Shown piece after piece: positions 16,435 through 24,794 of a stretch of DNA of 40,436 bases. Position 1 is the first letter of the stretch. Each line of letters begins with the position of its first letter. The stretch is from a virus. Made by a program: the position numbers and the translations under genes. The DNA lies in IMG/VR virus record IMGVR_UViG_3300045988_092566, positions 1-40,436 of that record, one strand, 5' to 3'. Under the pieces are notes generated by a model, which ran no database searches, was not told where the DNA came from, and worked only from the letters and a program-made list of their open reading frames with translations.

Positions 16435-16758
16435 TTATCCTTTTCGTTCTCCGACGGCGATGACGTCGCCGATGTGGCGTCCGTGGAGGTTGTTCCATAC
16501 TTGCGGTTTTCCTTTGACGGGCAGGAGGATGCCTCTGACTTTGATCAGGTCGGCTGGCTGGATGCCTGTCGGTTGGCTGCCGCGGATGTGGATCGTGTAT
16601 TCGATGGTCCGTGGATTGGCGTTCTCCTCGACCTGGTCGGTGGTGGAGGACGGGGCTACCACCGCCTGAAATGCGCCGACACGGACGGGCTTGCCTTGGA
16701 TTGGATTGCCGTCCGTGTCGGTCGTGGGTTGGCCGCGCCATACTTCGATGGTTTCCAT
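16435..16758 (-). CDS. Head closure protein (107 aa)
   Basis: Assigned by gene order and size. Confidence 0.5.
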   Translation of the reverse strand: METIEVWRGQPTTDTDGNPIQGKPVRVGAFQAVVAPSSTTDQVEENANPRTIEYTIHIRGSQPTGIQPADLIKVRGILLPVKGKPQVWNNLHGRHIGDVIAVGERKG

Positions 16759-17156
16759 TAGGACACCTCACCTGTGGCCATGTCGACGCTGAACGCGCGT
16801 TGGGCGTTGATGCCGAGGATGCGTTTCTCGTCGCCGCGCAGCCACAGGTCGCCGGTTGGTGCTCCGAAACTGTATTGTTCGCTGAAGCTGCCGGTGGTCT
16901 GGTTCATCTGGGTGACGCCGCCGGGGATGTCGAGCGGGTCGGCCTGCATGATCCTGCGGACGATGTCGCAGGTGATCTTCGTCAGCAGGCGTGGCCGTTC
17001 TTTTTGGAGACGTTGCCAGTTCGGGGAACGTTCCTTGATGTAGTCGGTCACGTCCATGAGATGCGTGTCGGCCTTCTCGCGTTCCTCGTCGGTGAGCTTG
17101 TGCCATCTCCGTTCGAGGTCGTCGGAGGTGGCGAACACGTCGGGTTCGACGGTCAT
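16758..17156 (-). CDS. Head-tail connector or adaptor protein (132 aa)
   Basis: It lies directly after the capsid gene. The ATG is at 17156. Confidence 0.55.
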   Translation of the reverse strand: MTVEPDVFATSDDLERRWHKLTDEEREKADTHLMDVTDYIKERSPNWQRLQKERPRLLTKITCDIVRRIMQADPLDIPGGVTQMNQTTGSFSEQYSFGAPTGDLWLRGDEKRILGINAQRAFSVDMATGEVS

Positions 17157-17167
17157 GTCGGTCTCCG

Positions 17168-18049
17168 TCAGGCGGTGAGCAGGACGAAGCGGTTGATGTC
17201 GCGGATGCGGAAGCCGACCTCGATTTCGATTCGCACTGCGAACATGTTGTGTTCCCACAGGTTGATCTGCTTGCCGTCGATGGTGACGGTGGCCTGGTCG
17301 GAGATGCTGGTCTGCAGGCCCTCGACGCTGCCCCATGCGGCGGATGCGAATTCGCCGCCGACGCCGATGATCTCCTTGGCGGGGGTTTCTCCGGTGACCG
17401 CGGGGACGTGCACGCCCTTGGAGATCTGCACAGGATTGCCGAGGATGGTGGACACGTCGGACGAGCCGGTGCCGTCGAGGAACAGTGGTCGTCCGTTGTT
17501 GTCGGTGGCCTGTCGCAGGAGGCTTCGGCCCTGGGTGGACATTGCCCATCCGTCGAGGGTGCCATCCGCCGCGGATACGGAGTCGTCGGCCGCGTTCAGG
17601 TTCTTCCACACGTCTTGACCGAGGCTGATCTTCTTTGCGGTCTTCAATGTGTCGAAGTCCGAGCCCGGAGCGTCAACCAATCCCATGATGGTCTTGTCGA
17701 AGGTGCGCGCGATAGCGCCCGGCCCCTTGGCGACCACTTGGTCGTAGAGGGCGCCGAAGTCGCGCTTGAACTGGTTGGAGAACGGCATGATGACCGCGAT
17801 GGTGTACGGCAGCATGTCCTTCTTGCCAAAGCCGACGCCGCTCTTGGGTTTCTCCGCTCCTTCATCGACCCACGCGGCCTCGGGGTCGCCGGTGATGATC
17901 GGCACGCGTGCGCCGTTGCCTGGAAGCTTCATCTCGGGTACGAGCTGCATGAACGCGCTCTGGTATTTCGCGGTCTGCCAGATCTCCGCCTGGGTTTCTG
18001 GAGTGAGGTCGAGGCCATTGCTTTTTCGGGTCATTGACGGATCTGCCAT
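17168..18049 (-). CDS. Major capsid protein, HK97-fold type (293 aa)
   Basis: It follows the scaffold gene. The size and sequence character fit (…GDPEAAWVDEGAEKP…). Confidence 0.85.
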   Translation of the reverse strand: MADPSMTRKSNGLDLTPETQAEIWQTAKYQSAFMQLVPEMKLPGNGARVPIITGDPEAAWVDEGAEKPKSGVGFGKKDMLPYTIAVIMPFSNQFKRDFGALYDQVVAKGPGAIARTFDKTIMGLVDAPGSDFDTLKTAKKISLGQDVWKNLNAADDSVSAADGTLDGWAMSTQGRSLLRQATDNNGRPLFLDGTGSSDVSTILGNPVQISKGVHVPAVTGETPAKEIIGVGGEFASAAWGSVEGLQTSISDQATVTIDGKQINLWEHNMFAVRIEIEVGFRIRDINRFVLLTA

Positions 18050-18083
18050 GACTCATCCTTTCATTAAGTGGCTGATGGTTGGG

Positions 18084-18602
18084 TTACAGGAGCGTGTTCT
18101 TCATGGCGTTGGCGAAGTCCTCGCGGCCGGAATGTTTCGGCTTGGCCTGTCCGGTGCGGGCGCTCTGCTCCGCGACGATTCCGCGGGATCTCATGCCGGC
18201 GAACACCTTCATGAGTCTTTCGGCGTAGTCGCCGATCTGCTTCTCATCGTCGCCGACGAGGACGCTTGGATCGCTGATGCCGTGTTTGGCCGCGACCTCG
18301 GCACGGATTGCGGAGAGCTCTTTCTCATGTTCGGCCTGTTTGGCTTCGTTTTTAAGCTTCTCGTTCTCTTCGAGCGCTTTGGAGAGCTTCGATTCGAGGT
18401 CGGCGGTGTGACCGGCCTTCTCCTTGAGTTCCTCATAGTCGCTTTTCCTGCCGCGTTCCCTGCCGAGGCGTTCGTTGATGATGCGGTCGACTTCCTCCTG
18501 CGTGAAGGTCTTCGGCTTCGCGTCGTTCACGTCCTTCGTGGTCGGAGCGTGCTGTCCCGGCTCCTGCTGGCCGTCAGCGTCGGTCTGATTGTCTTCTGCC
18601 AT
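18084..18602 (-). CDS. Scaffolding protein (172 aa)
   Basis: The protein is highly charged and coiled-coil-like (EELKEKAGHTADLESKLSKALEENEKLKNEAKQ). The RBS AAAAGGAGC is present. The gene lies upstream of the capsid gene. Confidence 0.75.
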   Translation of the reverse strand: MAEDNQTDADGQQEPGQHAPTTKDVNDAKPKTFTQEEVDRIINERLGRERGRKSDYEELKEKAGHTADLESKLSKALEENEKLKNEAKQAEHEKELSAIRAEVAAKHGISDPSVLVGDDEKQIGDYAERLMKVFAGMRSRGIVAEQSARTGQAKPKHSGREDFANAMKNTLL

Positions 18603-18724
18603 GATTGGTAGCTCCTTTTGTTTGGTTTTCCACGCCTGACGCCGGCGAGTGGGCGGCCATTCTTGTTGGTTTCGCGCATGGCTGCGCCCCGCCCCATCGC
18701 TGGGGTGTGAAAGGTAAAAGAAAA

Positions 18725-18749
18725 GCCACCACGTTTTCGACGTGATGGC
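18725..18749 (-). terminator. Intrinsic terminator after the MuF-ART and small ORF pair
   Basis: On the minus strand the hairpin GCCATCACGT-CGAAA-ACGTGGTGGC is followed by CTTTTCTTTT. Confidence 0.6.
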
Positions 18750-18759
18750 TTTCTGGGAT

Positions 18760-18999
18760 TCAGAGATTTCCAAGCGCTTTTCTTCGCGCGTATTCGGACC
18801 TGAGTTCGTCGGTCGACACATAGTCGCCGACGGACCAGCGCTTCTTTCCTTCGTTCCTGACCCATTCATATTCGTCCTGCGGCATGGAGATGTCGCCATA
18901 CTTGCGTTTGATTTCCGCAAGATGGCGCTCATCGGTGACTTCCTTCAAATCACCGGGCATAAACGTGAAACGGTCGGAACGATCCATAGGCTCAATCAT
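18760..18999 (-). CDS. Small protein (79 aa), candidate immunity partner of the ART domain
   Basis: An ATGA start/stop overlap links it to the MuF-ART gene. It lies in a visibly lower-GC patch shared with the ART domain. Confidence 0.55.
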   Translation of the reverse strand: MIEPMDRSDRFTFMPGDLKEVTDERHLAEIKRKYGDISMPQDEYEWVRNEGKKRWSVGDYVSTDELRSEYARRKALGNL

Positions 19000-20411
19000 A
19001 GCAGTCTCAGATAAACAATCGGCCTGCCGTCGGATGCTCCAAGCCCTTCGAAACGAAGAGTCCTTCCTCTCGGCAGAAGAATTTCGTATTCTCCCGGATG
19101 CTGAGTGATCGGCTCCACATACACGCCGGCGCTTCCCGGCGGTACCAGGATTCTTGTGGCGATGCGGTCTTCCCCATCAACGTCAATGCCTCCCTCCTTG
19201 ATGCTGGTGGCCATGTAGCCGATGTGTTCGAAGGTGCGACCGGTATTCAAATCGAAAAGCGACTCCATGTCGTTGACGTGGAACGTCGACAACCGCATCT
19301 GCCTGTCGACCGTGAAACGTTCTCGGGTGATATGGTCGGATATCGCTTCGTCGATGCATTCGACCTGATGGATGACGGCTTTTGACGGGTTTCGTCCGCT
19401 GAACAGGTAGCCGTTGATACTTTTATAGCTGTCTCCGGTCCAATCCATCAAAGCCGCGATCTTCTCGTCGTTGGAGAATCTATCTCCAGGCATCCTGACG
19501 CTGTAATCCGACAATCTCGATAGTTCGGAAGCACTGATCGGAATCGATTTGCCGCTCCATCGAATCGTCGGTTGGGCAGTCACGCCATCATTGACCTCAT
19601 CGTGATAGATGCGTCTCAATTGGGCTAGCGTGTCACGCCAGTCGCCGTCATCGCCGGCCGCGGCCTTGGCTGCCTGGTACATTTCACGATACTTGTCCGG
19701 ATCGTATCCTTTGAGTTTGCTGCTGCCCCAGCTTGGCACGATGTCGCAATCGCAGTCCGCATGGTATTGCATCTGCCGTCCGGCGGTGTCCCCGCTCAGG
19801 TAGGCGAATCCACGCGAGGCGAGCATAAGGCAGAACGCGCATGTCTTAGCCCCTCGTGGGACGCGAGCCCAGCGAGGCTTGGTGGGGTCGTTGGCCACGG
19901 CCCTCTGCATGGTCAGCCGTCCGACCGTCTGAATCAGATTCTGCACGTATTCCAGCGCCTGCTCCTCGTCGGCGAACGTTGGCCACAGGTCGTCGATGGT
20001 TCTTCCGGCGTTATTGTGCACGACGCCGTTCTCATCTGGAATGACGTCCTTGTAATGCAATCCCATGAAGTCGGTGTTGTTGAAACCGCCTTCCATCTGC
20101 CAGACCGCACGGTCGGCGGTGATGGTCGGCGGATCGTATTCCGGCATATCGATTCCGCCGTATTGCGCCCATAGGTCGCGCACATGGCTGTAGTAGTCGG
20201 ACGCGAGTTTGTTGGCCGCGTCAGCATACCGGTTGATCTCCGCTTTGATGAGTTCCTGGCTTTCACCGTCCCAGACAAGTCCTGAAACGCTGTTGCCTGC
20301 CTCCTTCTGCAAGCGGCTCATGGTGTCCGTGTAATCCTCGTACAGGTCGTTGAGGTCGAGTTCAAGCCTTCTGTGTTGTTCCGGAGGCAGGTTCAGACTG
20401 TTCAGGCTCAT
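18996..20411 (-). CDS. MuF/SPP1 gp7-like head morphogenesis protein fused to a C-terminal ADP-ribosyltransferase toxin domain (471 aa)
   Basis: The N-terminal part has the MuF-type Cys/His cluster (CAFCLMLASRGF...YHADCDCDIVP). The C-terminal part has ART motifs: YKSINGYLF, GYMATS (an STS variant) and GEYEILLPRG (ExE). Confidence 0.8.
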   Translation of the reverse strand: MSLNSLNLPPEQHRRLELDLNDLYEDYTDTMSRLQKEAGNSVSGLVWDGESQELIKAEINRYADAANKLASDYYSHVRDLWAQYGGIDMPEYDPPTITADRAVWQMEGGFNNTDFMGLHYKDVIPDENGVVHNNAGRTIDDLWPTFADEEQALEYVQNLIQTVGRLTMQRAVANDPTKPRWARVPRGAKTCAFCLMLASRGFAYLSGDTAGRQMQYHADCDCDIVPSWGSSKLKGYDPDKYREMYQAAKAAAGDDGDWRDTLAQLRRIYHDEVNDGVTAQPTIRWSGKSIPISASELSRLSDYSVRMPGDRFSNDEKIAALMDWTGDSYKSINGYLFSGRNPSKAVIHQVECIDEAISDHITRERFTVDRQMRLSTFHVNDMESLFDLNTGRTFEHIGYMATSIKEGGIDVDGEDRIATRILVPPGSAGVYVEPITQHPGEYEILLPRGRTLRFEGLGASDGRPIVYLRLL

Positions 20412-22056
20412 TTCCGCCGCCTTCCGGTAGTTTGAGGCTGACCGGCGTCATGCCGGTGAATTCAATGCCTTTCAGTCCAAGCATCGATGCCGCGGATTCC
20501 GGTGTCACCCCGGCTCTGATCGCTACTCCCAGTGCGTCGAAGCTGTCCTTCAGCCCCCCCCCCGCAACAGTTGATTGCGTGGAAGCGTCGGTCTGGCGTT
20601 CCCCGTCGTCCTGCGTCTGCTCAGTCTGTTGGCGCATGCCGCGAATCTGGTCGAGGACCTGTCCGGCTTGAGCCTTGCGCTGGTCGGCCTTCAAGCGGAC
20701 GATCTCGCTTCTGCTCAATCCGGCGCGGGTCATGCCGACCTCGCTGTTGGCGAACGAGTCGATGCTGCCGGCGAGTTTGCTGAACGCGTCGGCGCTCATG
20801 GAGCTTGACGGAGTGTTGGGGTTCTTCCAGTCGACCTGCAGTTTCATCAGATCATCGTCTGACACCGATGGATCCTGTATGCGCGCCACGAGGCGTGCCG
20901 CCTGCAGGATCGATTCGCCGAAATCACGGTCGCAGTGGCGAGCCTCGATAATCAGGTCCTCGCGTTGCGCCTCGGTCGCGTCCGCTGACGTCGGATTCGC
21001 GTCCGATACGATGCCGAGCGAGCTGGCGGGAATGTTCATCGCGCTGGCGAACATGGCGGCCCAGCTTTTCAGCATCGTCAGGTGCGGATCCATGCTGGAT
21101 GCGGCCAGTTGGGTCACTGTCGGCGAATCACCGTCCGCGTCCTTGCTGATCATGTTGTAGCGGCCCATGTAGAGTTTGAGCGCGGCGTCCGCGCTCAAGG
21201 ACGCGAGCTCGTCGCTGGTGCCCATGAGCAGGATTTTCGGGAATGCGTAGAATTCGGCGTTCGCCTCGGCGCGCACGATGGTGCGGTTCGCGCCGTCGAT
21301 GATGTTCATCGCGTCATGGCTGATGCGGGAGCGTCCGAATGGTTTGACTTCGGTGGCTTTGTAGGCGAGGCGGAACACGCTGCATTCGCCGTTCACGGTG
21401 GGTTGTGATCCTTGCACGTACCATGTGCCGAGACTGCGGGACACGCTGATGTTGCGCGTCGGCATGTAGAGCACGAGTCCGATGGCCTCGTTGTCGTTGT
21501 TCACGTCGGTTATGGCCATGCATGCCTTGACGCGTCGGTTCGGGTAGTCCCAGATCGCTGCCGAGCTTTCCGCGGTGTGGGTGCGGATGAGAGGCCTGTT
21601 CTCCGCATCTTGGATGACGCTGAGGAACGAGCAGCCGTGAATGAGTGCCGTCTGTATGGCCTGCTGAAGGACGCTGGTGAAGCCGATTCTGCTCATGAAG
21701 TCCTGTAGTTGGAACGGATCATCGACACCAGGCGAGACGAATCCCTCGAATACGCAAAGCTCGGCGAGCATGTCCACCGCCTTGCGTGCCCATCCCAATG
21801 GCGTGTAGTGGTCCTTGATGGACTGTGGAACCATGAGACCGAAGTCGACCAGCGGCTCTTTCGATTCGTAGTATGCGGTGAGTTTCCGATTGCGGCTCGC
21901 ATGACGTGTCCACACTTCGGCGAGCTCTGCGAGCAGTTCGTTCTCTTGGTTTGTAAGCCCGTCGATGCTGGTGGGCACAACCAGTTTCGTCAGCGCCACC
22001 GATCCTCCGGACGGCCGCCAGCTATCCGGAACGTTTGTCATCTGGATGTCACCCAT
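20362..22056 (-). CDS. Portal protein (564 aa)
   Basis: It lies immediately after TerL. The RBS GGAGGAATCTAA precedes the ATG. The size is typical. It contains a G10 tract at 20554-20563. Confidence 0.85.
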   Translation of the reverse strand: MGDIQMTNVPDSWRPSGGSVALTKLVVPTSIDGLTNQENELLAELAEVWTRHASRNRKLTAYYESKEPLVDFGLMVPQSIKDHYTPLGWARKAVDMLAELCVFEGFVSPGVDDPFQLQDFMSRIGFTSVLQQAIQTALIHGCSFLSVIQDAENRPLIRTHTAESSAAIWDYPNRRVKACMAITDVNNDNEAIGLVLYMPTRNISVSRSLGTWYVQGSQPTVNGECSVFRLAYKATEVKPFGRSRISHDAMNIIDGANRTIVRAEANAEFYAFPKILLMGTSDELASLSADAALKLYMGRYNMISKDADGDSPTVTQLAASSMDPHLTMLKSWAAMFASAMNIPASSLGIVSDANPTSADATEAQREDLIIEARHCDRDFGESILQAARLVARIQDPSVSDDDLMKLQVDWKNPNTPSSSMSADAFSKLAGSIDSFANSEVGMTRAGLSRSEIVRLKADQRKAQAGQVLDQIRGMRQQTEQTQDDGERQTDASTQSTVAGGGLKDSFDALGVAIRAGVTPESAASMLGLKGIEFTGMTPVSLKLPEGGGNEPEQSEPASGTTQKA

Positions 22057-23496
22057 TTAGATTCCTCCGATGGTCTGTCGTCTTCCGGGATGTCGTTTTG
22101 TCGTGCACGCCCCGTACAGGGCGATCGTGGTTGATACGAGCGGCGTTATGTCGATATCCGAGCCGAGCTTGTTCCATGCGATCGCGCCGGACTGTCCCAA
22201 TGGACGCGTGGTCGCGCCCTTGACGGCTGCGGCCAGCTGCGGCTGGTATTCGTCCGGCGGGTGCTTGAGCGTTCCGGCTTTGAGCATGTCGAGGAATCGG
22301 CCGCATGCGCGGCCCATCTCCTGCATGTTCGTCACGGTGACCTTCACGTGCGCGGCCTTCAGTTCGGGCAGCAGGCTCATTGCCGGGGACTGCGCGTCGA
22401 TGACCACGCTGGCGGTCTTCGGCCAGCGTTCGGCAAGCCAGTCCACGGCCCACATGGTTCCCGCCTGCCGCGCGTCCTTGATGTTCGCCATCTGGATGAC
22501 GGCCGACCCGTCCTCGTACCGCAATGCGGCGCCGATGGTCAGCACGCTCCTGTCGGGCGGCATGTCGATGCCGAAGCTCACCGTGCCGCCTTCGGGCACG
22601 TCGTCGGTCTCGGCGGCCTTCCACAGGTCGGGGCTGATGGCGTACGCGGTGGCGGTCTCATCCCAGATGCCGAGCGCCTCACGGCGGAACGAATCATCGG
22701 CGAGGAGATTGCGCATGCGCAGTATCGCCTGCTCGCTGGTGCGTTTCGGATACGACGGGTTCGCTTTCGCCCACGCGTTCCGGTCGTCCGGATCGCAGTC
22801 TCGGTCCGCGCCGAGCTCCACGTAGAGCATGTCGTCCGACTTGCCGGACAACGCGGTGGAACGTTTCTCCTCGAACGCCTCGCACTGGTCGCCCGGCTTC
22901 GGCGGGTTGCCCATGAACACGATCAACGGGTTCGGACTCGTGTTCACGATCGGAATCAGGTTGTCCAAAGCCTTGATGGTGAGGATTTGAGCCTCGTCGA
23001 ACACCTCGATGTCTGCGGAGTGCAGTCCTCGGCCGAAACCGTTCTCGCGGGCGCCGAACATGATGCGGCTGCCGTTGGTGAAACGGATCTCCTGCTGGCC
23101 GTTCGCTCGACGCACGTTCCGCACGTACCTGGACAGTTTCGGATTGCGTGTCAGGTCGCACATGTCGGCGAACGTCTCGTCGGAGGTGCGCGTGTGGTGC
23201 GCGGTCCAGATGACCAATGTCCCGGCGCGTCCGGCGCACAGGATGAACATCGCGGTGCCGACCGTGAACGTCTTGCCGATCTGCCTGCAGCTGGACAGTA
23301 CCGCCCCACCGGAGCCACAGGCGTATTTGCCGTCCGCGCGTTTGGCGAACAGCAGGTAGAGGAAGCCCTTCTGCCACAGGTCGTAGTGGATTCCGGCCTT
23401 GGCCGCCGCGTTGTTGATCAGGTTGAAGTCGCTCGACGTGACGTCTTCCGGCTGCACGAGCCGTTGGGCGATCTCAGACAATCGACGCTCCGACAT
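22057..23496 (-). CDS. terL: Terminase large subunit (479 aa)
   Basis: A Walker A-like motif (SCRQIGKTF), a Walker B motif (IEVFDEAQ) and a C-terminal nuclease region are present. Confidence 0.9.
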   Translation of the reverse strand: MSERRLSEIAQRLVQPEDVTSSDFNLINNAAAKAGIHYDLWQKGFLYLLFAKRADGKYACGSGGAVLSSCRQIGKTFTVGTAMFILCAGRAGTLVIWTAHHTRTSDETFADMCDLTRNPKLSRYVRNVRRANGQQEIRFTNGSRIMFGARENGFGRGLHSADIEVFDEAQILTIKALDNLIPIVNTSPNPLIVFMGNPPKPGDQCEAFEEKRSTALSGKSDDMLYVELGADRDCDPDDRNAWAKANPSYPKRTSEQAILRMRNLLADDSFRREALGIWDETATAYAISPDLWKAAETDDVPEGGTVSFGIDMPPDRSVLTIGAALRYEDGSAVIQMANIKDARQAGTMWAVDWLAERWPKTASVVIDAQSPAMSLLPELKAAHVKVTVTNMQEMGRACGRFLDMLKAGTLKHPPDEYQPQLAAAVKGATTRPLGQSGAIAWNKLGSDIDITPLVSTTIALYGACTTKRHPGRRQTIGGI

Positions 23497-23890
23497 CCTC
23501 CGCCACCTCCGTCACGTCATCATTCGCATCGAACAGGCTGCCGGATTCCTCGGCCATGCGCATCCGTTCGTCGAATTCGGCGAGCTTGCTGCTGATCGAC
23601 GGCAACGCGCTGGCCGGCGTCGAGGGGTCATGCAGAGCCTCGCGCAGTCTGCCGACGATTTCGCGGAGCGTGTCCTCATGGGAGCCGTCCATCATCCGTT
23701 CGAAGTTCCGTCTGTCGAGTTCCCGCTCCGGTTTTCTCTTCGCCTCAACAGGTTTGCTCTTCCTCGCCTGAGCGGGATTGTTCTTTTTCCGACGATAATC
23801 CGCTTTCTGACGGCAGGATTTGGAACAGTACTTCTGAGGCCTCCCGTGGCCGGATGGCTGGAATTCCTTGCCGCAGAGTTCGCACTTCAT
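23474..23890 (-). CDS. terS: Putative terminase small subunit with N-terminal Zn-ribbon (138 aa; alternative start 23947)
   Basis: It lies upstream of and overlaps TerL. It has CELCG...CSKSC and a basic DNA-binding-like region. The RBS GAGGGA precedes the ATG at 23890. Confidence 0.6.
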   Translation of the reverse strand: MKCELCGKEFQPSGHGRPQKYCSKSCRQKADYRRKKNNPAQARKSKPVEAKRKPERELDRRNFERMMDGSHEDTLREIVGRLREALHDPSTPASALPSISSKLAEFDERMRMAEESGSLFDANDDVTEVAEDVGASIV

Positions 23891-24022
23891 CGGCGCTTCC
23901 CTCGCTTTCCGACCTTTCGTTGTTTTCCCTGTTTCCGACGTTTGCATTCCGGGAGGGATATCGGCACTGCACCCGAGGCTACCCCAAGGGGGTATGACCG
24001 GGTACCCTGCCCTGGTATCGGG

Positions 24023-24352
24023 TCAGATGCCGAACGTTTTGAACGGCATCGAGCTTGATTTCACTTCCTGTCTGCCAGCCAGCAGCGCTCGTGCGTGTTC
24101 GTCTGTCTTGTCGCTCTTCATCCTGTTGCAGATGCGGTGCGTGAGCCTGCAGTTAGTGAAGCTGTATGGATCACCGCCGCGTGAGACCGGTATGAGCTCA
24201 TCCACTTCGGCGCTCATCGGATGTGGTGTCTTCAATGTCTTGTCGACTGGCTTGCCGCAGATGGCGCACACATCGTATGCGGCCAGCACTCTTTGTCTGA
24301 GCATGCGCCGCCGGTATCCGTTGCTGACCCGCTCGTTGCGTCGCTTGCTCAT
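24023..24352 (-). CDS. HNH endonuclease associated with the packaging module (109 aa)
   Basis: Motifs CAICGKP...EVDELIPVSRGG...NCRLTHRICN are present. The gene lies immediately upstream of the terminase genes. Confidence 0.85.
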   Translation of the reverse strand: MSKRRNERVSNGYRRRMLRQRVLAAYDVCAICGKPVDKTLKTPHPMSAEVDELIPVSRGGDPYSFTNCRLTHRICNRMKSDKTDEHARALLAGRQEVKSSSMPFKTFGI

Positions 24353-24448
24353 GGTTATTCCTTCGTATGAAGTCCTAGCATGGCCGACCACGTGTCGACT
24401 AGGGATCCCGTCATCTGCGGATATCCCCTCACGAGGTTATTCATGGAG

Positions 24449-24548
24449 CGCCTTCGGCGGGAGTCGAACCCGCGCATACACGCGGCCGCAAGGAAGAGGA
24501 TCCGAAGATCTGCGACCGGTGTGATCTGCCACTGATTCCTACGAAGGC
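24449..24548 (-). ncRNA. 100-nt tRNA-like element (perfect 7-bp acceptor stem plus canonical T-arm) lacking a recognisable anticodon arm
   Basis: On the minus strand GCCTTCG...GCGGG-TTCGACT-CCCGC-CGAAGGC-G. The interior shows no 5-bp stem with a 7-nt loop. Confidence 0.3.
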
Positions 24549-24715
24549 ATGGACAGGCGGTTTGAGCATCACCGCATCACGTAAGCGCGGGATTGGCTTG
24601 CCTGCCACTGTTGGTGTATGCCCACTCTGACGTGAGTGGGCGGAGCGTGTCCGATATGCCGTTCGGACAGGACGGTGTTACGTAGCCCAAGGAGTTAGGA
24701 GAATCCATGGCGGAT

Positions 24716-24754
24716 ATGAAAAGGGTTCAAACCAAGTCGCCTCGGTTTGAACCC
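24716..24754 (-). terminator. Intrinsic terminator closing the early/middle operon
   Basis: An 11-bp stem (GGGTTCAAACC/GGTTTGAACCC) is followed on the minus strand by TTTTCAT. Confidence 0.7.
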
Positions 24755-24794
24755 TCTAATCCACTGACAATTGTGCGTTGCACTTTCGATTTTG

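Noticed and set aside
24481-24530. Cluster of NotI, BamHI, BglII and AgeI palindromes resembling a synthetic multiple cloning site
   Set aside because: The flanking sequence is continuous with ordinary phage DNA. No vector-like features occur elsewhere. It is treated as a natural palindrome-rich or GATC-rich structured region, though it is noted in the findings.
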